NCBI GenBank assembly: GCA_030704615.1
Contig: CM060732.1
Span: forward strand, 65,162,001 to 65,226,000
DNA length: 64,000 bases
Direction of reading: 5' to 3'
Origin: Takakia lepidozioides
Lineage: Eukaryota > Plantae > Bryophyta
Below, one piece after another: positions 1-11,658 of the stretch (position 1 is the stretch's first letter; the number at the start of each line of letters is the position of its first letter). The position numbers were made by a program, and so were the translations under genes. A model generated the notes under the pieces. It was not told where the DNA came from. It ran no database searches and worked only from the letters and a program-made list of their open reading frames with translations.

Positions 1-766
1 CCTCATGCGAGTGAAAGCCTCCCTCAAGCTCTCGGTCGGCTTCCGTTGGAACTCTTGCAAGCTCCGCAACTTCTCTGTCCTCACCCCTTGTAGTTCCCTC
101 TCACTCTTCGAGGAACTCCACAACAGGGTTGAAGGCAGGCACGGGTACTAGTGCTGGTGCGGTAGTGGCTTGGGTGGACGTCGTAGCTACGGTACCACCA
201 GTCCCTACTAGTCCCACTGCTGCTTGCTGAAGCTGCCGGTGCAGCGGCAGGTGTAGCCACTGCCCTCGTGACTCTAGTGCCCCTAGTGATGGAGACATAG
301 TCGGGTGACCAATACATCCTCCACTCCTCGATCTCAACCTCATGCCCCCGCCTGAACTCATAGTAATCATCCATAGGCGGCCCCTCAAGATGCTGAAACA
401 GCCCCTTCTATGCCATGAAAGGCGTAAATAGTTGTGGATTGCGCATTTGCTGCAAATCACACCAACTATCAAACTCTTGGATAAAATCATCCAACTCGAT
501 GGTGCCCACCGCCCCAGAGTACCTTCGTGGCCCCTTGTAGCTCCATACATCTCCTCCATTGTGTCCCACAACAATGGCAAGGAAACAACTTTCACCGCCG
601 GTATGAGTCCTCCAGATTCACAATCCGAATCAGAACCTTCCGTAGGAGACACAGGAGGTGAAGATGGCCTAAACCGCATACCTCGTCTCGTGTACCCACT
701 AGTATCGCTAGTGCTCGAACCGGCACTGTCCCCAGCAACTAGTGGCACCTCCGTGTTGACACTCAA
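1..766 (-). pseudogene. Frameshifted Gag N-terminus of the Gypsy-type element
   Basis: ORF pieces 101-766 and 81-374 match 53222-53781. The peptides PAFNPVVEFLEE and, further on, LQEFQRKPTESLREAFTRMR are shared with ORF 53784-55358. Confidence 0.8.
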
Positions 767-1479
767 CCGGTCATGAACATGTCCCTAACCCCCTCTCCAC
801 AAGGTAACCGGGTTAGAGAACCTGTTGCGGCTTATGGTTTGGAATACTGAGTTCCTAACATAGCCTACACCTGTACCTTCATCCACCGCAAGCACTCCTA
901 TGGTTGGCTGGTCATCACCTCCAACCTCACCACAGGAGAAACAATGATGGTCTGGTTGGTCATCACCCTAGCCTCACCATCGACAACATGCTCTAGGACT
1001 GGTCGGTGATCAAATCCGGACCAATCACCTATAAAAAGAAGCGCCCACACAAAACTAGCATGGTGCACAGTCAAGCATGCAGGTATGGAGGGGATCCAAA
1101 CACAAGAAATCATAACGACAACTCCCCCATACCAAAAACAACTCCACGGTGTTGCTCCTGCAAGGACACCCCAGCCCAAACCCGGACTGACTTTTTGCCT
1201 CCACCTACGGAAAGGTCTTGGCCTAATGAGAGGGTGGAAACTACGAGGAAGAGAAGCTAAAGCAATGCCTAACCCCAGCATGCCCTCATCCCAACACTCT
1301 TCCTCTCCTCTCTTCCCTCACTTGCATGACCATGGGAACATCATGAAGATACTCCTCAAACCCTCCACGAGCTTCAAAATTCGGCCTTCAAGACCACATG
1401 CCAGTCCTTAGGCAGTCCACCAGTGCCTCCACGAGTCAGCATAGGCCGTCCACAGGTCAACACGGGCCACCACAGACCA

Positions 1480-1860
1480 GCACAGGCCCACACAGCTCAC
1501 TGGTCACAGCCATCACAGCCCCACACAGGCCACGGCCTGTCACAGCCCTACACAGGTCACAGGGTCACAGCCCGTCACAGCCCCAAAGGCCACAGCCTGT
1601 CACAGCCTATCACAGCCCATCACAACCCCAAAGGCCACAGGCACCGCCTGTCACAACCCTACAAAGGTCACAGGGTCACAGCCCCAAAGGCCACAGCCCC
1701 TCACAGCCCCTCACAGCCCCACAGGCCACAAGGCACAGCCTGTCCCAGCCCGCCACAGCCCCACAGGCCACATGGCATAGCCTGTCACAACCCTACACAG
1801 GTCACAGGGGTCATAGCCCCAAAGGCCACAGCCCCTCACAGCCCCTCACAGCCCCACATG
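1480..1860. repeat. Degenerate tandem array of ~8-10 nt TCACAGCC units in the element 5' non-coding region
   Basis: Dozens of tcacagcc/ccacaggc units; the counterpart at ~51790-52460 is longer. Confidence 0.9.
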
Positions 1861-2359
1861 CCACTCATGACAGTTTAGCCATTTCTCCAAGGGGTTTAGT
1901 CATGCCAAGCTAGGGTTTGTGTCTCTTGGACTCTAGGCTTCTTTGCACCGAGCTATGGCGGCTGTGAAGAAATCAGCAAGGTATTCTTGCTCTTTCGGCT
2001 CCCACACACCACCAATAGTAGCCCTAAGCCATGAGGAAGATGGTTGCCACAAACCAAGCCTTCTTTCTCACTTAGACTCCCCAAACACGCCACTAAACTC
2101 AATGACAAACAACCAAGCCTTGCTGGTTTCCAGCCCTTGTGAGCACTCATTCAAGCGTTTTCCTTGGCCATAGCATCTGTCTTAGAGCCTATTCCAGCCC
2201 CCTACACCAGCCACTTCAAGAGCCATGCTCTATCTAGGCTTGAGGTTGAAACCCCACCTCACATATGCCCTACAAGTGCTTTTCTTTCACCCAAGTGGGA
2301 ACCAGCCCTAGCCCTTCCATTCTAGCTCTCTAAAGCTTGAAAACAAAAGCCCAATGGAC

Positions 2360-2720
2360 TGAAGGCATGCTCCACACATGCCCCACTCTCACCACAAGAG
2401 AATCAGCCCCTTTGCTTCCTTTCTTGCACCCACCAACCTGAAAATACAAGCTTCAGCGGGCTGAAAGCATGCTCCACACATGCCTTACAGGGAAACCAGC
2501 CCCTTCCTTCCTTTCTTGCACTTCCAAACTTGAAAGTACAAGCCTTCAACAGGCCGAAAGCATGCTCCACACATGCATTGCCCTCACATAAGGGAAGTCA
2601 GCTCTTCCCTCTTCCTTGCTTGCCCTCCAAGCATGAAGATGGAAGCTTCAATGAGCTGAATACATGCTCCACACATGCAACCTTTTCACATAAGAGGTAT
2701 CAGCCCCCTATCTTAGCTCC
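2360..2720. repeat. ~100-bp tandem repeats with core CATGCTCCACACATG in the element 5' region
   Basis: Core at ~2366, 2468, 2561 and 2663; mirrored at ~50975-51290. Confidence 0.8.
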
Positions 2721-4059
2721 TTGGCTCCTTGATGCTCTCTAAGACAAGACTAAGCACTCCACAGCCTTTGCCAAGCTCCTGAAACCCTAAGGCTTACATT
2801 TCTAGCCACAAGACACTCCTCTTGTTGTGCAAGAGCTCTTCTTCCAAGCTCTGAAACCCTAGGTGCACATTCCATGGCCTTGCCGCACCTCTTAGCTCCT
2901 GTTCCAGCCCTGCTCTTGCCATAACAAGAGCCCCCTCAATGCTGAAGCTCGAGATTGAAACCCACTCTCAACATACTCCACAAAGTGCACTGATTTGCCC
3001 CAAGCCAAATCAGCTCTTTCGCTTGGTCTTGCAATCCTTCACACAATGAAAGCTCGCATTCCCAAGTCCAGTTCTCAGCTTTGCCACCAAAGCCACTATA
3101 ACCTGCTCTTGACTGGTCCTCTTCCCAATCGTGCTTGCTCATGCATGTACATAATCTGAAACCATCAAGGTGCTCTGGAATTACCTGCAGTATGGTGCTT
3201 TCATCTCTGAAGCTAAAGATCGAATGCCAAGGTCTACCACCTCGTAACCCACATCGCCTCCGCTTCTAACAACCAAGAGCTCCACGGTGCTCCTTGCATA
3301 ACAACCTGGTTTCTCTCATTCTCAAGCAAAAACCACAAATGCTACAACTAACTCGTATCTGGCACTCACAGATACGAGCTCATCTTTCTCGAGTGATAAA
3401 GAAAAAGAATACAAGCACAAGCTCTTGCGAGCTCACAAAGCTGAAGCATAAACTCATGCATATATAAACTCATCACTCAAATACAAGTCAAGCCAAGTGC
3501 ACCCCACGCCATGGGGAATCCACACTACGGCGCCATAGCTAGGCGCGGTGAGGCTCAACTCGAGAAAGATGAGCCTTCCACGCTTGCCGTGAAGATAACC
3601 ACTCCAAGGCCTAAATCTGCCTTGACCCTTGGATTGACACTTGGGCCAATCCCAAATGTCAATAATGTAAAAGCTAGCTATTTCCTAGCTAGTTTCACAC
3701 TAGTGGTAAAATAACTTGACAAGCATATGGCTTGAAAATGGAATAAAAAATATAAATCATGTGCAGGCGAAACGCAATTTTCCGTCTCTACGACACGTAG
3801 CTCTGTTCAATACTAGAATGACCTATTGAATCAACTTGGTTCAAGCTCATATTTGGTCCACATGTGCATAAGTATGTTTAGATCACATATGCAAAGTTGC
3901 AACCCACACGAGCAACAAGAAAAATATTTACATCAATCAATTAATCGGATGTATAATATCTACAATGCCCCTCTACGCGATCCCTGTCTCAAAGAAACCC
4001 TATTTCTATCATACACATTCCACTCACGCTGTAATCGGAGGTCCCAATCATCCCGGGAG

Positions 4060-6925
4060 AACTCATATGATGCAAATAGTTCGCTGCCAGCCCTAATAGT
4101 CCTACTAGCACATGTCATCACAAACATGTGCATCCCCTCACAGTATACCGATTCCTCCGCAGCGAAGGCTATACTTGCCAAGGCCCAACGTCAGGTTCAA
4201 GGGCCTTTGAAAGTGGTCGTTGCTAGCCCAATGTTGTTGATGAGGGAGGAGGAGACGAGGAGGGCCAATGAAGTGGCCGAGATAGTGAAGCGCCTCGAAG
4301 TAGTCAAGCCGGGTGAGGGCTTCTACCCTGCTACGCATTTTCGGGGGGGGGGGGGGGGAGGAGGAGATATGGGCCGGTTTGGAGCGGCCTAGCCAATCAG
4401 CGACGCCACCCCCTGAGCCTGAGCGGTCAGCAAAGAAAGGCTTGGACTACGGGGCGCCGCCGCCGGCTATGCTCCACATCTGGAATCTATTTCCAGTGGT
4501 GCTCCGGGAGGGGATAACGCGGGCACATCCGGCAACGGGGACTCCTGCCACATCGGGTGACACCGGGGGCGAGTCGGACAAGCTTGCAAAGGTACAGCTG
4601 TCGCACCTTATTCCATGTTTTGTCCTTTCCTTTGCATGCATGATTTTCTTTGTTGTTTGTTTCTTTTTTTGAATTTGGGGGGTTATTTGTCTTCAGGAGG
4701 CAGCAACATGGTTGGCCTCATTGGTGCAGTCCGGTGGGGTTGCCAATGAGGGAGAGCACGTGGTGTTCATGAAGGACCCGAACACCAAAGGTAAGAAGAA
4801 GAGGACTCGACCTCCCGAGATCCCTTTTACCGAGGAGAGGGAGAGAAGGGAGAGGGAGAAGGAGAGAGAGGAAGTAGCGGGGAAGGGGAATGAGATGGTC
4901 GTGGAGAAGGGGAAGGAAAAGAAGAAGAAGAAGTTCCATGGAGAGGAAGGGTTGAGTGTGCATGCGGGGGAGGGCAGTGGGGTAACAAAGGAGCAGGGGA
5001 AGGAGGCTACAAAGAAGGGAGAGGGTGGGAAGAAGAACATGGCCTTGGCGATAGAGGACGTGGAGTTGGCAAAGATCGTGGTGCCACCGGTGGAGGTGAA
5101 TCGCCATGGTGACCCCTGCGGTGCGTTCTGGGAGATTATGAAGAAGCCAGCCTTCGAACTCGCAATGAGGTGGTTCCCTTTGCACATTGAGTGAACTGAT
5201 CAGCACTTTGGCGCGAAGCGGGCGTATGCCCGTGAGTTAGATCGCCGGTTTCCGGGCAATTGGAGTGACACAAGGGTGATAGAGATGGTGGGGCGAAACT
5301 GAAGGACAGGAGGTACCGTGCCAGACAGATCATTCAGAGGGCAATGGAAAAGGGGGCCATACCCAAACCACCTTATGGAATTACACAGGTTGGCAAATCC
5401 TGAATCATTTCACCTTCCATTTGTCGCATGTGCATTAATGAGGTGGATTCGATGCAACGTATGTGTGTAATTCGCTAATTGTTGGGGAGGGGGGGGCATA
5501 GGTATCGTGGGATGCACTCATTGCGGGAGAGAATTATGTGGTAAACAAGGTCAAATTTGAGCGGGCACGCGAAGCAACAACAGTCCGCCTTGATAAACAC
5601 GAAAATCCAAGGGTTTTATCTTGCGATTTGTAAGTTGTACTTCCCTATGTATTTTATTATGTCTTCTTTCTGGCTCCATCATCGTGAAGAACTGACTATA
5701 ATTTGTGGCATGTGTAGCAACGCGCGTTTGAGAGGAAGCCATCTCCGGTAGAGTACAACTACGACAAGGAGCATAGTTGGCAATCCCTCATGAAGAACAT
5801 GGCCAACACGGAGGGGATGAGTGCACTACAAGGCACTAGTATGGATGAGGTTGGGGGTCATGGCCAGGGATTGGATGAGAGCTCTATGGGACTTAGGGGA
5901 ACGCCGCCTCTTTTAGGTGCTCTGGCAAAGGGCGCGGAGTCATCAGGCTGATCGGATAGCTCTGAGTCCTCCACTGAGGATGAGGATGAGGATGACTAGT
6001 CCTAGTCTATGTAGGTCCCAGGGTCAGCCTACTGAACCTTTGTGAGCTTTTCAACTCATTTCCTGTAAATATATTTCCATATTTCCATTTTCCATCTTAT
6101 TCATGTGTTGCACCGTCCTCACCCTCGATTCATGCTTGCTCAATTGTGTACCTGCTAAATCAGAGAAATGGAAGTTGTAAGGTCTCCCATCCCCCAAAAC
6201 AAAACCAGGCAAAAAACAAAAACCACCCCCCATTCACCCCCAAAATCAACCCCCAACCCCCCCTACCAGGCTGGCCTCGCGACTGTAGGACGTCGGAATT
6301 GATGACGTGTTTATTTGGCGGGGGTCGCAAGCCGCGACGGCCGGGCGTCGCAAATCCCTTTTGCAGGCAGCAACGCCCGACACCCCCTGCGACGTGTTTT
6401 TTTTGCCATGGCGTCGCGGAGCCCACCACCCTGTCTGCGCCACGTGTTTTCATTTTTTGATTGAATATAAAGAAAGCGACGCCAGAGTGTCGTGGAACCC
6501 GACTCCTGCTCCCGTTGTTTTTTTTTTTTTGCCACGCCCAATAATCGCTTGCAGCGATGCACTGGCGTCGCTTGGCGTACGACCCGGCTTACGCCACGTG
6601 TTTTTGGGTTTTAGGATGGGACTCCCGGGCAGGTTAGAAAAAAAAAAGGGATGCGACGCCGCGCCGTCACCCCCACCAATGCCATCGGCTGGAGGGTAGC
6701 GACGGCAAGACGTCGCTTGCAGGAGGCCCCTGCCATTGGCGTGGACGGCCTGAAAAGCGGCGTCCAGCAGTCGCGGGAGTTGGGGCGGGGGCTCGCGACC
6801 CCCATACGTCGCATTTTTGCGACGTTTTTTTTTTTAGACTGCCGGGCGTCGCAAATTCGGCGCTTGCCCCGTGCCTGAAATGGGCGTTTTCCTGACGCCG
6901 CGACGTGGCCCGGGCGTTACAAGTG
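4060..6925 (+). mobile_element. Putative CACTA/EnSpm-like DNA transposon remnant: decayed spliced ORF plus right end with subterminal repeats
   Basis: Broken Lys/Glu-rich ORFs at 4313-5340 with a GT..AG intron at ~4592-4696. Dense GCGACGCC/GGCGTCGC motifs in both orientations at 6270-6910, ending ...TTACAAGTG (reverse complement CACTTGTAA). The left terminus was not found. Confidence 0.4.
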
Positions 6926-6929
6926 CCCC

Positions 6930-8838
6930 CCTGTTGGTCTCCCTATACCTTCTCACCAACCAAATCTGCAAGCCATCATCACTGATCCACCATCCTGACA
7001 TTACACTTAATCGTCAATGTTGTATCATCCTTACCGCTGCAAATCCATATACATAAAGTTCGATCTCACATAGGCATAACATGTAGTGACATAGCAGACC
7101 ATCTGACTCAACTTGGTGTCATTCAGCTAATCAGCAACCCCTCAACCAGCCCTATCCACTGGTCGCACCCGTGATACCGGTTTTGGCCCATATTAACAAG
7201 GGCTAGATTCCCGACCATAGCATCCATACGGACCCTGCACACACACAAACTACACATACATGAATCCTGCACCTACAGAATTTTCTACATATCTAAGTGG
7301 GTCTCGTCCCCGCACCTGCTACATGGTATGTCCAATCATTTTTGGCCATCCCCCAGGGTTACTGATGCACAAATCAAACAAACTCTGAAATTTCGGTATG
7401 GTCAATACATGGGCAATCAACGATGGAACTTGTTCTGGCCATTATCCCTTAAACGCTTAATAGACCCGAAACGGGTCGACGCAGGGCCCACTTAAACGGA
7501 AATTGCGTTTTCAGATTTGCTTCAAATTATATGAAATTAATGCCATCGAGTGGCCCCTGCCGTGCACTACCAGGGAATGGGAATTTCGAGTTAAAGCAAA
7601 GTTATCTCATCGCGCAATCAAGGGGGTCAGGAATTGATGAAGGTAATTATGTCTTTTTCATGTGAAGATTTGTTCACACTTGTGTATGAGAGAGTTATAA
7701 GTAAGGATCTGATCAGGTTTGACCAAGTGGCAGCACTTGATGTGTTGGCCAAATTGGATGGTTTTTGGCTTGTTGGATGAGGGATCCCAAGAGGATGAAT
7801 CCTGCCAAATCTCGCCTCAATTGGAGTTGATCTTGTCACTCAAATATTTAAAAAACTGCTAAAAAATGCTATGTTTCTCCAATAGGTGGTCCCACATTCA
7901 ACGGTGCCGCTGTCTGGATCTGGGGCTGATTGCCCTGCAAATTGGCAGGTGGGTGCAGGACCAAAATATGCACATAATGTGCAGTCAATTTAAAAAAAAT
8001 AAAATCAATTTTGTAAAAAGTTGCACCATTTTTTCACTGCATGGTTTTTTGTTTTCTTTCTAAAAGTCAAACTAGGGCCCTGAGCGTTTAGGGGTATACC
8101 CTAATAAACACTGCATGTTATGTTCATCCCAAAATCCCCAAATAGACACATGGCCACATTTACTTCTCCACTGCAACCACCCCATAATTCATGGGTTGCG
8201 GGTAACTAGACATAATCAAGGGGTTAGACAACTCCACAAAATTCTCACTTCACATTCGAAATCCAGATGGTTTAACCTCATCAATGCAAGCACGTTCCAA
8301 GGTCGCCACCGGACCACACTATACCTCCATGACTACTGCTGTGTGTATGCTCCCAAGGGCACCCGTGCCTTTGCTTGGCAAAGCTATGCCCATATATTTT
8401 GCTAGTCTAAGGACTTCATGCATTGGCATTGCTGCCGACGTGACCGCTTCTCTCAAAATATTTTTTTGGAATTCGCATTCTGCCATGATTCAATGAAATC
8501 GTGATCAGTCAACTATGTACAAACACGAAAAATATGACCTAATCATACATGCCCTCCGTGAGCGAGGCTGGAACACGACACCTCTGACCGTCATCATTGC
8601 GGGTGTCAAGGGCAAGTTTGAAAGATAATCTCAACCTACCCACCAAATACACCTCTACTACAAGCCTTGCACTTCACAGCTATTACATCACTCACATCCC
8701 AAATCCCCAATAAATGTAAGATTGAAAGTGGTCAGCTAGCCATGGTGTGACATATTACGGTGTTGATAGAGCCCACCTCTGAAAGGGGCAGTACCCGCAC
8801 GGGAAGAGGCTCTTATTTACGCTAGCTTCGGTTGGGTT
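6930..8838 (+). mobile_element. 3' fragment of an RLE-type (Dualen/RandI-like) non-LTR retrotransposon, interrupted by a MITE
   Basis: Reads ..QIKQTLKFRYGQYMGN..FWP|LYPNKHCMLC..DTWPHLLLHC..RHN (CxxC..HxxxxC finger then RHN), then KYDLIIHALRERGW..IIAGVKG. The 3' UTR at 8770-8835 matches the reverse complement of 14010-14080. Confidence 0.7.
7446..8094. mobile_element. MITE-like non-autonomous DNA transposon (~650 bp)
   Basis: Imperfect TIRs CCCTTAAACGCTTA / TGAGCGTTTAGGGG with flanking TAT (or TA) duplication. Excising it restores the LINE reading frame FWPLYPNKHC. Confidence 0.75.
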
Positions 8839-8862
8839 ATATATATATATATATATATATAT
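8839..8862. repeat. (AT)n microsatellite at the 3' end of the RLE-type element
   Basis: Direct reading. Confidence 0.9.
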
Positions 8863-11658
8863 GAGTTGCGCTATATTAAACTTTGATTTAAATTTATAAA
8901 ATCTATCTCTTACCTACATAAATGGCATGGCCTAAGTGTGTGCCACTCGCCTTGTTTGTATATCTACTAAGAAAAGTCGACGGGAATGCCCCCACCAGGG
9001 CATTCACGGGTAGTCGGTAGTGCCCTCGGGCAGCCGCCCTGGGCCGGGTACCTCCCGCCCAAGAATGCCCGTGGCAGAGGGCATTCCCCAATGTGCCACC
9101 CGATTTGCCCACTTGTCGCCTGCACTGTGTGCCGAAGCTCGTAATGGAAGGTGGTACTGCACTGGAAGATCTTACACGTGGCGTTATATAGGCACTCAGT
9201 TCCGGAAGATAGACCTTCCATTCCGTGAAATGGAATGTGTTCTTGAGATACATGCACTTGGCTTCCGGTCCGGAAGGCCACATCCTGGTAGGGTATTCCC
9301 TCACGGACGGTGTGGTCAAAATACGAAGGGTGATATGCCAAAGGGTTACGAGTACGTTGAATCGACCAACACCAAAGAACTTACCTCCGTCTGACTGTCA
9401 AAACCACTCAAGATCCGAGTGCGCACTTGGCCATTTGCTCACCAGATACCAAGGCCTGGGATCCAGGAGCTTTGAAATTGTTACTATAGGCTTGCTGGAT
9501 ACCAGGCTGGTGTCCCCAAAACCATTCTCGCGGAACTGCTCCACATTTTCAAGTCAAGGGCTCCATATAATATAAGTGATTATTGAACCCTTCCGTTTTC
9601 GGAAGCTGTGCCTTAAATGAAATCAAGTCTATGCATGAAACATATTTCATCTATCTGCCCTTTTGTCATCCATGACCTCCTCTTTTCATCCATCAGACGA
9701 CTTGCAGCGATGACAGAAGGATGATTTTCGGATGCGAGGAGCTCTCATACATCCATAGTCGGCGGGGGTCTTCCACAGCACACGAAGGTTGGGCTGGCAG
9801 ATATCGAGATCCTCGACAGCATCTCGCGGAGTAGATCGTGGCGGTCCAATGTGAAAGACGGAGAGGTTGTGTAAAGGTGACGTACGTAGAGCGGAACAAA
9901 TCGAAGGCAAGTGAAGAGAGTGCGTTCCTCCGGCGATCCGAGACGAGCGGAGCTTCAACCGATCGCTCCTCACCGCCGCCTTCGCTTTTAAGATAAGTTC
10001 GGTTCCTGAGGAGGAAAGAAAGATGGACGACGTGGACAGAGAGAGGGGTCATGAATCAATTGAACATGTGTTGAGCCAATTCTGATTCTTTAGGGACACA
10101 ACAAATTGCAAGAGAAAAGTTTTTCTCAGGTTTGATGGATGGAACCTTTCTTCTTCGAGGGAATTCAAGTGTTGGGGAGTAAGTGCATCGTAATCACGGA
10201 GTTACGCTCTACAAGTGGCCGGATAGTGGAAGTGACCATTTCGGAGAGCGTCAGAGGGGCGTCAGCTTAGCTAGAAACACGAGAGGACAGACGCTCACTC
10301 CGTTGCTCATTGCGTAACAGAATATTGTAGGGAGGCACAGTGGAGGTGGACATTACGCTTTGAGAGAGATATATTCAAGCTGAATTGCTGTAAATGAAGC
10401 TACTCTCTCCTCTCTCTCTCTCCACTTTCTCGGTCGTATTTATGCGAACTTCACGTCTTCTCATAGTAATCACCAGTTCTTCATTGAGTAGGTAAACATT
10501 CAAGTCATCACTGGAATATTCTCTCGTATTCGAGTTCCCTGTGTCCTCCATAACACCAATTCACCTCTCACTTTCCCTCCCCTCCTTCATTCTTCGCAAA
10601 TTCGCAACTTCATCTCCTCACGTTATTAAGTCTCTGCTTCCCCTTACGTATCGAGTGGATCATCTAGTTCTCAGGCCCCTAATTATTCCGCTCGTTGTAG
10701 ACATCAAGGCGTAATTGTTCTTGCCTTATCTTGGGATTTGTAAGGTTGCTCGTTGCTTCATCATCACCCAGACAGTCCATTAACAACATTCGCTGTGGTT
10801 GTGAGGACACACAGATGCTTTCACATGTTCGCAGTGCTCTAGGGACACGAACTCTCATTGAGTCAAGAGAGAGAGCTTTGTGCGGAGGAGGTGTGACACC
10901 TTGTTTCAGTCAAGCTACAGCAGAATGACGAGGGCTCCAGCTGGAGCGTGTTAGCTGCCACTCCTTGCAAACGGTCCGAGATGATTTGGCAGGTCTGTCT
11001 TCGGTGCCTTTTTGTGAACCTGCGTGTCTCCTGATTTACCACTGACGAACGACAATGCATTAAGTATGATACCAGTCACAGTCGCCGTGGTAGAGGTTCA
11101 TGTCAAGAGAAATTACCGTAGTATATTCCCCAAACTCCTGAACTTTAAGATTACCCGTGATCTTATGGCATCTGGCCAGTGTTACCTGACTTTCACACGT
11201 TTTCATTTTGCAACAGTTTATTCTTCTTATAGGTATGTGAAGATTTTCCCCTAATTTGTTGCTGGAGACTCCAGCCCATCCTGAGGTTTATGTCCTTCCG
11301 TGGGTGGAAGTCCGGCCGTTCTGTTGCTACACTTCCAGAAATATTGCAATTGCGAAATGAGAAGTTTCAATTTGTGTTCAGGGGAATTCTAGACCTGGTG
11401 TATGTACCTCCTTGTGATTCTTTCAGGCTTGGTTAGTCCATTTCTCCTTCTGGTTTCATAGGTGGTTGGCTTCACTCAGAAACGTTGACCAGACTCGGGC
11501 AAAGAAGATGATGGATTCATATGGAATTCGGAAGGACACTGACATGCACAAAGCAAACAAGATGGATATCCACCAATCAATATCGCATTTATCGTTTAAG
11601 CGGTCTGGCACCCTTTATGTCTTTATCTGTTGGATTCCAGGAGCCTATTAATTGAGAA

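Larger units (their letters stand above)
1..3721 (-). mobile_element. 5' part of Ty3/Gypsy-type retroelement (same family as 49935-58967), running off the left edge of the window
   Basis: Reverse complement is colinear with 49935-~53970. Similarity stops exactly at the shared terminus TGTCAAGTTATTTTACC (3721 here, 49935 there). It contains the same tandem-repeat arrays and gag N-terminus. Confidence 0.9.

Noticed and set aside
1398-1913. His/Ser/Pro-rich ORFs (also 52012-52773)
   Set aside because: By-products of the stop-free TCACAGCC tandem array; open in several frames.
1480-2720. Repeat arrays as possible CRISPR
   Set aside because: No unique spacers, no cas genes, and a eukaryotic retroelement context.
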